Source of the DNA: Harriotta raleighana
Lineage: Eukaryota
NCBI GenBank assembly: GCA_050575255.1
Contig: JBNZDD010013638.1
Location: 51,530 to 115,529 of the forward strand
DNA length: 64,000 bases
Direction of reading: 5' to 3'
The stretch's first letter is position 1. Each line of letters opens with the position of its first letter. This document shows, in pieces, positions 55,201 to 64,000 of the stretch. The notes under the pieces were generated by a model. The model was not told the DNA's origin and did not search any database. It saw only the letters and a list, made by a program, of their open reading frames with translations. The translations under genes and the position numbers were made by a program.

Positions 55201-55529
55201 AATAATAATAATAATAATCCTTGCATTTGATATAGCGCTTTTCACATCTTATCGACGTCCCAAAGCACTTCACAGAATATACTGTAAAGTGATTTGACTG
55301 GATATTTGTGGGCGAAATGCGGGAGCCAATTGCGCACAGCAGCGTCCAACAAACAGTTCTGGATTGAAATGACCAATTTTTTTATTATTGTAGTTTTTTT
55401 GGAGGGATTATTATTAGGCATGTGGAGCAAGGAAATTTGCCCAAGGTTTCGCCCTGAACTGCCTGGATTCGAACACAGGTCTCATGCGTGCAAGGCGAGT
55501 GCTCTAACCATTAAGCCACAGGAGCTCCA
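55201..55529 (-). mobile_element. Full-length young tRNA-derived SINE at the REXO1-like start codon
   Basis: Reverse complement of the 62519 family; flanked by the direct repeat cagagat (55194-55200 and 55530-55536). Confidence 0.9.
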
Positions 55530-55534
55530 CAGAG

Positions 55535-55655
55535 ATGCTGAGACCCACTGGCTTCTTCTGTACTAGCCCCTGCCCCTTTCTGAGTCGTGGCTGCTATTAG
55601 CAGCCCTTCTCTCACCTTAGACATGCCAGCAAAGCAGCCTCTGCTGTAGCCCAGG
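55535..55655 (+). pseudogene. REXO1: REXO1-like exon 1 with in-frame TAG
   Basis: Reads MLRPTGFFCTSPCPFLSRGCY*QPFSHLRHASKAASAVAQ, versus recalled human MLRSTGFFRAIDCPY...CRRPYCHFRH. TAG at 55598-55600. Phase-1 donor G|gtaagg matches the phase-1 acceptor at 58083. Confidence 0.85.
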
Positions 55656-56874
55656 GTAAGGAGGAGGAGGGGAGGCAGGGGTTACTGAGCTCCATACATC
55701 ACAGCACACACTGCAGGAGACCAAGGGCAATTGGTCCCCCCCCCAAAAAAAAATCACTTAACTACACACAAATTCACTCCCCAGCCCCAACCCCACCTTG
55801 TGCAATGTGTTGCAAATGATTCCACATGTTTGGTAAGACATGGATTAACTGTCCTATTAATGAACAGTATCCTAATCATTTTCACTTGCTGAAAAGTTGG
55901 TTCATTTTCACTAGCATTCCCCCCACCCTCAATTTAGAATTTAATGATAATACTGTAATTGGAATTCAGGTACAGATCAGCCAGGATCAAATAGAAATGG
56001 TGGGACAGGCTCGAGGGGCTGAATGGCCTTCTCCGGTTCCTTTATTCCTATATGTTCCTTTAATAGGTTGGTTAGTTAGTGGCCTTAAACTCAGGTGATG
56101 GTTTCTGTGTTTTAAGGGAATTATTGACCTTGTCGGTTTTCCTTATTGATTAAGGTGGTTTGGCTGGATGTGGTTTTGTGGATGTTGCAAGCCCTCCAGT
56201 TCCTCACTTAAGTGGCTCTAAATCAATTGCAAATTGTTGTTTGTGTGGTCGGAGTACCTGCTTCTCAATTGAACTAATCTGCATACTTGTCCTTTAGATG
56301 ATTTAAATTGAAATGGTTATTCTCAGATTTTTTTTCCAACTATGAAAAGAGACTGTAATTTGTGTCCTGATGCTGGGTGTAGGAAGTAAATGATTAGTAT
56401 ATGATATGTTGCTGATCACTGACCAATAACCAGTTGGAAGGTGTAGGTGTAGAAACAAAATTTGGATTTGGCTCTTTAGTCTTTTTGTGTTGCAGTCGAG
56501 GCTTACAAATGAAGAAGAAAGATTTGACTAGCTAATAGAACTTCTAAGATGTATCCCACTGCGAAAAAAAATGCTTGTTTGAAACTCTTCGGATAATTCC
56601 TTGATTGAGCGAGTGGGTTAATAACCTCTCTGGTCTTTGCAGGTGCTGTTTAGCCTGGCCAGGAGGTGATGTATGGCGGTGATGGCGGGGATGGTATTAG
56701 GTAATTTGACATCTAATATTTATTTTCCTTTCTCTCTAGAGAAAGTGTAGCCTTAACAAATAATTTTTGAGACACGAGTCTGTTCTCGCCAGACCTCCCT
56801 ATAAGTTGAAAATCTCACTCTGCTTTTACCCTGGGAATGATTGTTAAGGGCTGTGGGATGCGAGTCTGTATGAG

Positions 56875-57205
56875 AGAATTCCTGCAGTTTAGTGGTTAGA
56901 GCACTCATCTTGCAAGCGAGAGACTTGGGCATGATTCATGGGTGGGCTGAAATCTTAGGCAAGTTTTTTTTACTCCACACGCCTCTGTTTACTGAGCAGT
57001 AAGTAGGAACTCAGGTATTAGTTGATTTGCAGATTGCTTCGATTGGTAGGTAATCCCTCCCATTTAAAAAAAATTGCTCCCTTAATCCCTGACTGTTTGT
57101 GGGACCCATCTGTGCACAATTGACTGCTGTATTTTGCCCACAGAATAGTCAATTCACTTTACAGTATATTCTGTGAAGCGCTTTGGGACATCTTGAAGAC
57201 GTAAG
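56875..57205 (+). mobile_element. tRNA-derived SINE, longer subtype (approximate bounds)
   Basis: agtggttagagcactc head and family 3' body; abuts an L2 tail-to-tail. Confidence 0.8.
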
Positions 57206-57207
57206 AC

Positions 57208-57740
57208 CACAACAAAATTACATTGTACAGCAGCTTTCACGTCGGGAGGATGTCCCAAGGCACTGGACAGTCAGTTTTTCAGACCAGAGCTGGGATCGGG
57301 GAGGTGGAGGGAAGGGAGGGGAAGGGGGGTGACTGCTGGCACCATCGAAGAGGAGGGTCTTGAGATAGGACTTGAAGGAGGCTAGGGAGGGGACGAGGCA
57401 AGGGATGGAATTCCAAAGGTTGGGTGCAGAGTGGTTGAAGGCTCATCCTCCGATCATGCGGTGGCTTGGTCAAGGAACATGGAGCCTGCTGAGCGGAGGG
57501 AGCGCACAGGTGGGACGAGGCTGTGGAGGGCTTTGAATGTGAGGACTAGGATCTTGAACTGAATCCTCTGAATGATGGGCAGCCAATGGAGTCGGGCGAG
57601 AATACGAGAGATGGGGTCACAGAGCTTGGATCGGAAGAGGACACAGGCTGCAGAGTCCTAGATGATGTGCAGCCTATGGAGGGAGGAGTTGGGAAGCCTG
57701 ACCAGAAGGGAGTTGCATAGTCGAGCCTGGATGTGGTATG
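57208..57740 (-). mobile_element. L2 LINE 3' fragment (approximate bounds)
   Basis: SRLDYA...; 3' tail seen as acaacaaaattaca...tttcacgtcgggaggatgtcccaaggc. Confidence 0.85.
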
Positions 57741-58083
57741 AAGACAATACATAAAATATAATTATTTTATGAATGCAAGTTGTTTTTGATCAGTCTGATT
57801 AGATCTTGCCCTCTTTAATTGAGAACCTGATGGTTTTAATGCATCGCAATACTTTTTTTCCAAGAAAAGATATGTTGGCTTTCTGTTACTGTTTTCATTT
57901 CATGCCTGACTTTCTGTTTTCAATACACCAAATTTTCTTTGTAGACTAATACGTCTAGATTATTCAGAAACCCAAATGGAGGCACCCATTTATAGTTTCC
58001 ATTGACTTGATAACATGTGCTCCCCCATTGCTTGATGACAGTAATCAGTCTGATCTACTAGGTCTTTATGTTTTTTTTTACAG

Positions 58084-59838
58084 TCTCTGTAGCTGTGCCA
58101 TCTGATGATGAATTATCTACAGCAGAGGATCCTAAGGTATTGGAAAAACAAAGTGATTTGCCCAAATTTCCTGAAGCTGTGCATACAGTACTTGAATTGG
58201 AAAAGATCAGCAAAGCTATCGAGGTGGTCAAGAGTGAGGTGCAAGAGCAACAGCAGAAGCTTGTGCAGTACAAGTCCTTGCTGGAATGTGAATCCTGTGA
58301 CTCGGAGACCCCATCGATGAGTAATGACTATAGCTCTCCTAGTCCGAAGGTGAAGAACGTTTTGCCATCTCTGGAGCAGAACCCCATGAGTGTATTGATG
58401 TCTGAAGCACAAGATGCTCAATTCAACCACTTCATCTTCAATCCAATATTTAGCAGTTCTGCAAGTAAGAATTCATTCAGTGAATTAAATGACCAAGCTG
58501 AAAAGAAATACTTATTTCAGCATGAAACCGTGACCGTATCCAAGGCAATGACCAGTTGTGAGTGCACAGTTCTGAATAGTAAGTACGTGATTGATGATAA
58601 CAGGTCATGCAGTGACTTAGAGTATGACCCACTGATGAACTATTCTACTAAGTATAGGAGCCAATATCTCAGGAAGAGACTTATGGAGAAAAAAGAACGA
58701 TTCCAGAGTTCCATTGAGCATAGCTGTGAAAAGAGGCACTCACCAACATCCAAAAGAGCTAGGAGCTGTGAATCAGAATTTAATTTGCAGGAGTCATCCA
58801 ATGAGCTTGTTATTGATATTCCAGGAATTCAACCCCCTGAACAGAAGTTTGCAACCAGGAAGAGAAATGCGAAATGTTTAAAATCAGCAATAAGCTTGCA
58901 GGAAGCTGATGATGATAATATTCCAACGATACCTCTTTTCATTCAAAAGCCAGCTACCAAGCAGAGGTTCCAGAGTGAGAGAACTCCTGTGAGAGATAAT
59001 CCTGTTTTCAATGTTAGTTTAATTCGTAAAGTAAAGCAGCACAAGACTGCCAAGTCCTCCACTCCATTGGTGGGAAAGTCAGCGACTGACACTGATGGCT
59101 TTTCTGCAATGAAGGATAGTGACAGCAAGTCTGGTCTCTATTCAGGTGATTTTCGAGAAAAAGAAAAGCGTAACTCAAATTCATCCACCTTAACAGATAT
59201 TCATGCGAATGAGAGCAGGAAGAGCTATGGGCTCCCGAGCAAATGTGGAAAAGGAGAGTTGTTGAATTGAGAAATAGTTAAAAGGGTAAATTCTGTAACT
59301 TGTGCTAATGCCACTAAATCTGCAAACTCCCTGGATCAGAAACTTGGAAGAGTGTTTACACCTGATGGGTCTAAAGTGGTGTGTCAGAAACGTGAAGCTA
59401 CGAAAGAAAAAAACTTGAAAGAATCACATTGCAAAGGGTCTAAGAGACTGCCTGAAAGCAGAAACACCAATCTGAAAGTCAATTGGCAGCCTCACTGTAG
59501 TGAAATGTACTGGTCAGGGTGCTGCCCATGAGAGCAAATGCAGTGATGACTTAGGTAACAACACCTCAAGGATCAATCAACAAGGACAGAAGTGGCCGAG
59601 CCAAAGTGACATTTTTGATGATGAAAAAGGGATTGAAGGTTTCAAAAAGGGTGATGAGGGTCCACAAAATCCAATTGATAAAGGAGAAGAATCGTTTTCT
59701 TCAGACAAAGATTTGTACTGTTCATTTTCAGATGAAGATCTAGACTTTTCAGAATCTGACCCAATGGAGGAATGCTTTAGGATTTTTAATGAATCCTCCA
59801 AACAGGAAACCGAAGACAGTAGAACAGAAGCTAAACCA
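58084..59838 (+). pseudogene. REXO1: REXO1-like large exon 2, disrupted by a stop and a frameshift
   Basis: Acceptor ttttttttttacag at 58083. The 400-aa ORF ends at TGA 59268-59270, and the same frame then stays open to TGA 59529. The conserved DLDFSESDPMEECFRIFNESSK is in the +1 frame (59500 ORF, bounded upstream by TGA 59473). Probable weak donor CCA|gtattt at 59839. Confidence 0.85.
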
Positions 59839-60426
59839 GTATTTACTGCATTTTTATATTGTCTATGTTGGAAAGAATAAAATTATTTGGTACTTCAAGG
59901 ATATTGTAGAATCATCTCTAATAATAATTGCATTTAATATAGCACTTTGCCACATCTCAAGATATCTCAAAGTGCTTCACAGGATTTACCATAAAGTAGC
60001 TGTTTTGTGGGTGATGCTGTCAACAATTTGGACACCGCAATGTCCCACAAATACCCAAGTAGTGATGACTTAATTTTATTTGGGATTTATTAGCCAGGAC
60101 ACTGAGAGAATTACTTTTTAAAAAATCTACAGTATATTGCTATGAGATCTTTATCAGCCACCTGGACAAGCAGATAGGACCTAGATTTACTGTAAAGTGA
60201 ATTGACTGCATATTTGTGGGTGAAATGCGGCAGCCAATTATGCATAGTAGTGTCCCACAAACAGTCGTGGATTGAAATGATAAATTTTATTAATTTATTA
60301 ATTTTTGGGGGGTTTATTATTAGGCGTGTGAAGTAAGGAAACTTACCCAAGGTTTTTCCACCTGCTCAAAGAAAATACTTGTCCAAGGAACGATCCCACA
60401 ACCAGTTTGTGCCATAAAATCAGGTA

Positions 60427-61345
60427 ATAAAAATAATAATAATAATAATAATCCTTGCATTTGATATAGTGCTTTGCACATCCAATCGACATCTCAAAGT
60501 GCTTCACAGAATATACTGTAAAGTGAATTGACTGTATATTTGGGCGTCTTATTCGACCCCAAACTATCCTTCCTCCCCCACATCTGCTTCATGACTGGCA
60601 CAGCCTTCTACCACCTCTGCAATATTGCCAGACTCCGCCACTACCTCAGCCCCAGGCCGCCAAAACCCTTATTCACGCCTTTATCACTTCCAGGCTTGAC
60701 TACGGGAACTCTCTCCTCGTTGGCCTTCCCAACTCCTTCCTTCATAGGCTGCAGATCATTCAGAATTCTGCAGCCCGTGTACTCTCCCGCACTCGGCTTC
60801 ATGACCATATCACTCCCACCCTCGCCTGCCTCCACTGGCTCCCCATCCCCCATAGGATTGACTTCCAGATCCTCATCCTCATTTTCAAGGTCATTCACGG
60901 CCTTGCCCCCGCCTATCTCTCTGACCTGCTGTCTCCCTATCATCTGCCCAAATCCTCCGTTCTCAAGACCTTCCTCTTCGGCTCGCCCCCAACCCTTCCC
61001 TCTCTCCCGCTCTCCTTCCCCCTCCCCCCTGACCACCCCCTTCCCCCCGCTCGATGCCCGACCTGACTGTTCAGCGCTTTGGGATGTCCTTCCGACATGA
61101 AAGGCGTTATACAAGTGTAATTTTGTTGTTGATTTGTGGGCGAAATGCGGCAGGCAATTGCGTGCAGCAGTATCCCACAAACAGTCGCGGATTGAAATGA
61201 CCAATTTTTTTCTTTTTTTTAAAGGGTTTATTATTAGAGGAATAAGGAAATTTGCTCAAGGTTTCACCCTGACCTGCCTGGATTCAAACACAGGTCTCAT
61301 GCTTGTAAGGCGAGTGCTCTAACCACTGAGCTACAGGAGCTCCAC
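60427..61345 (-). mobile_element. Full-length young SINE split by a nested L2 insertion
   Basis: SINE tail at about 60427-60542 and SINE head at 61132-61345, with the 5-bp duplication atttg at both L2 junctions. Confidence 0.85.
60543..61131 (+). mobile_element. L2 LINE 3' fragment nested in a SINE
   Basis: Encodes LGVLFDPKLSFLPHI...AFYHLCNIARLRHYLS and a frameshifted LHWLPIP..IDF.ILILIFK (L2 ORF2 C-terminus); tail ...gtaattttgttgttg. Confidence 0.88.
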
Positions 61346-62123
61346 AAATGCTAATAAATGCTCAGCTCACCTAATGCCACAAGCAACACAAAATTCAGTT
61401 CTAGTTTGAAAATGTCTTTAGTGAGCCGGGTGCTCGACACATGTAAACGAGTCGATCCTCTGTTTGACACATTACAAAACTCAGTCAACTTTGCGCAAGA
61501 AAATAAATAATAATAATAATAATTTGGTCATTCAATCCATGACTGTTTGTGGGACACTGCTGTGTGGAATTGGCTGAAGTGTTTCGATTCCAGGCCAAGG
61601 GTGGGACCTTGGGCAAGTTTCCTTACTGGAAACTGATAATAATCCCTCAAAATAAAATCATAATAAATTAGTCATTTCAATCCATGGCTGTTTGTGAGAC
61701 GCTGCTGGGCACAATTGGCCGCAGCGTTTCGCCCACATGTATGCACTCAATTCACTTTACAGTATATTCTGTGAAGTACTTTGAAACATCTAGAAGATGT
61801 GAAAAGCGCTGCATCAAATGCAAGGATTATTATTATGGTGTACATTCTAGCAGCCAATGGCTTAGTGTCAGGGATAGAAACCCTGTCGCCTTTCCCAAAT
61901 ATAGTGGACCCTCCCTCCCCAACTTCAACACTTAAATCAACAAATTGAAGACAGGACAAAAAAATACAACATGCAACCATCTTACTTGTGTATATGGTGT
62001 GCTGTCAATCAGGCAGTGTCCTCAGTCTTGTGAATGATGGATGGGTGTGTGTTTGGGGGGAATTGATTGCATTCTGCCGAATTTATTATAATACAGTAAG
62101 ACACTAACTAGTAGTGTTTCTAG

Positions 62124-62248
62124 TTTCTCGAAATAACTCAGGAAGAAGATCTGCCACTCTTAGCACCTCTAGCCTTAATGCACACTTAAAAGAGAGGACG
62201 GTTTCTCAGATTGCGATGAAGGGAGCACATACTTTGTCTTTACTATAG
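62124..62248 (+). pseudogene. REXO1: REXO1-like internal exon whose last codon is TAG
   Basis: Acceptor gtgtttctag, donor gtgagt; reads SRNNSGRRSATLSTSSLNAHLKERTVSQIAMKGAHTLSLL*, versus recalled human LKTRTLSGMASK...IAHSPSLQ. The terminal TAG (62246-62248) sits where a CAG (Gln) is expected. A 97-nt intron follows. Confidence 0.7.
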
Positions 62249-62345
62249 GTGAGTCTTTTAGCATTTACCTTTTGAAGTAAGATTTTTTTTTAAAAAAACG
62301 GAACTGCATGAAACTGATATCTGCTTTTTTCGTTTCTCTTTTCAG

Positions 62346-62483
62346 GGAACGAATGTGAAGAGAGCAGCTCCTTCTGTAGCAAGAGGTTCTAACATTTCCA
62401 AAAGGCTTAGGCAACAATACCTTAACTTTTTCATTGAAGAATTCTTAAAGATCTGCTCAACTGAGCAAGAGGCCTGCAATAAG
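62346..62483 (+). pseudogene. REXO1: REXO1-like exon (138 nt, intact frame)
   Basis: Acceptor ttttttcgtttctcttttcag; reads GTNVKRAAPSVARGSNISKRLRQQYLNFFIEEFLKICSTEQEACNK, versus recalled human ...[26 protein letters not shown]; donor AAG|gtaact. Confidence 0.88.
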
Positions 62484-62518
62484 GTAACTTTTAAAAAAAG
62501 TAATTGGATAATATTACT

Positions 62519-62846
62519 GTGGAGTCCTGTAGCTCAGTGGTTAGAGCACTCGCCTTAAAAGCGTGAGACCTGTGTTCGAATCCAGGCAGATCAGGACAAA
62601 ACCTTGGGCAAGTTTCCTTACTCCACACGCCTAATAATAATCTGTCCCCCCAAAAAATCCACAATAATAAAGTTGGTCATTTCAATCCATGACTGCTTGT
62701 GGGACACTGCTGTGCATAATTGGCTGCCACATTTCGCCCACAAATATACAGTCAATTCACTTTGCAGTATATTCTGTGAAGCGCTTTGAGACATCTAGAA
62801 GACGTGAAAAGTGCTATATCAAATACAAGGATTATTATCATTATTA
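62519..62846 (+). mobile_element. Full-length young tRNA-derived SINE
   Basis: A box tagctcagtgg, B box gttcgaatcc, body ...gtgggacactgctgtgcataattggctgcc..., L2-like tail ending in (att)n. Many related copies in the window. Confidence 0.9.
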
Positions 62847-63699
62847 CATTGCTGATGATATTGTGCATAACTTTTCAACTTTTGATGGGGAGAGGAATTT
62901 TGCATAAGCGTTTGACACATTGTATGGTTCTGTATAAGGATGTGGCATCTTTGATTTCCACTGTAAGGTTGGCTATTTCAATTAACAATTTTCTTATCAC
63001 AGTAAATTACATTTGTATAGCACCTTTCACATTGGAAGGTTATCCCAAGCTGGGCATTTTTTCTTTTTTGGAGGGAGTCACCTGGATGTTTGACACATAC
63101 AGAAATCCATCACCATGCTTAAGAGTATCCCAACCAAGCTAAGGTTTCAAAGCATCCCACCTCGGCAAGAGCCAAGCCTGGGAGACCCCCAGAGTGTGCA
63201 CGAGGATGCAACTGGAGTCTAACCAGCTAAAACCCCATAGTTTGCAATTTGACATCACTGTCTGGCAAGCGTTCCCCTTTATTGTCCAGCTAGGATCACC
63301 CGATCAATAAAGGCGTTGGCTTGCAGGGTTAACCGGAGCTGAGTGGGGTGTCTCTCCGCCCCCAGTGACTGGTCTGCCCTTCTACATCCTCTCACTGAGC
63401 CAGGCTGGCTGACCTGTCACCTGCAGTGCCCTGGATTAATAACAAGAATCCTTGCCTTTGATATAGCACTTTTTTCATATTTTCTCGATGTTTCAAAGCA
63501 CTTCATACGTTCGACCCACCTGTATCAGGTATCAAACTAGAGACCATCCTAGAGGGCTGGCTCAATTTTGACATTCCATTGACAGGCGAGCCACTTTGGA
63601 GCAGTTCAAACCAAGGAGACCCCATTTACCTCCCCCCAAAGGAGGATAGTCACTAATCCAAGGTGCTGGACAGCAAAGGATTTGTACCTGAGCTGGGGA

Positions 63700-63890
63700 T
63701 TGTGATCAGAAGGATTGGAGTGCAAGGGCAGGACTATTGACTGTGGATTGACTGAAGCTGTGATTGAAGAGGAAGGTTTTCAGATGAGCCTTAAAGGAGG
63801 CAGGGGAGGAGATGAGGGGCAGGGTCGGTGGGATGGAATTCCAAAGGGTGGGGGTAAAGAAGCCGAAGGCCTGACCACCGGTGTACAATG
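63700..63890 (-). mobile_element. L2 LINE 3' fragment (approximate bounds)
   Basis: GGQAF...PTLWNSIP...SFKAHLKTFLF. Confidence 0.75.
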
Positions 63891-64000
63891 TGATCATAGC
63901 CATTCTTTCCTATCTTGTCTGTTAACTGTACAAGATGCTAGAAAAATTGGTTGATCTGCTTGACAGTGGGAGTGAGATAATCAGTCCTCTGCAGATTGTG

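Larger units (their letters stand above)
55535..62483 (+). pseudogene. REXO1: REXO1-like (RNA exonuclease 1 / Elongin A-binding protein 1) paralog; unprocessed pseudogene, 3' part probably beyond the window
   Basis: Four colinear exons with REXO1 motifs (MLRxTGFF..CP; LELExxxKAIExVKSEV; SKYVIDxxRxxxDLEYDPLxNYS; SDPMEECxRIFNES; RQxYLNxFIEExLKxC). Stops at 55598, 59268 and 62246, plus a frameshift between 59476 and 59528. Confidence 0.85.

Noticed and set aside
58068-59270. 400-aa ORF as a stand-alone single-exon gene
   Set aside because: Its ATG lies in the acceptor's polypyrimidine tract. It is the 5' part of a disrupted internal REXO1-like exon whose conserved end is in another frame.
59268-59270. 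In-frame TGA as selenocysteine or programmed readthrough
   Set aside because: It is in a poorly conserved region, REXO1 is not a known selenoprotein, and a frameshift and two TAG stops in other exons would still break the protein.
60528-61204. 190-aa and 187-aa ORFs (similarly 3742, 13461, 40461)
   Set aside because: Frameshifted L2 ORF2 3' fragments or their antisense frames; no autonomous LINE is present in the window.
62519-62595. tRNA genes at the A-box/B-box motifs (also about 32290, 54480, 55460-55529, 61280-61345)
   Set aside because: Each continues into the SINE body and has no convincing acceptor stem; these are SINE heads.

Overview
Repeat-rich vertebrate nuclear DNA with spliceosomal introns, one 766-N scaffold gap and two single Ns. 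The repeat content (a young tRNA-derived SINE, older Deu-domain SINEs, L2 and CR1 LINE 3' fragments) suggests a cartilaginous fish such as a chimaera or elephant shark; this is inference. The window holds the complete coding sequence of MOB3B on the + strand: three coding exons (6257-6674, 27173-27375, 39274-39303) that splice to a 216-aa protein. About 16 kb downstream, on the same strand, is a REXO1 (Elongin A-binding protein 1) paralog that I read as an intron-retaining, unprocessed pseudogene. It has four recognisable exons with three premature stops, a frameshift and a lost zinc-finger-like Cys. A SINE is inserted exactly at its start codon and forms an inverted pair with a neighbouring SINE that shares private variants. 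The 1.66-kb tandem duplication around the N at 46193 is most likely an assembly artefact. I found no CRISPR, prokaryotic or otherwise new functional system that the sequence supports. The main novelty is the decayed REXO1 paralog and the transposon events at its 5' end. All comparisons to known proteins and repeats are from memory, not from database searches.
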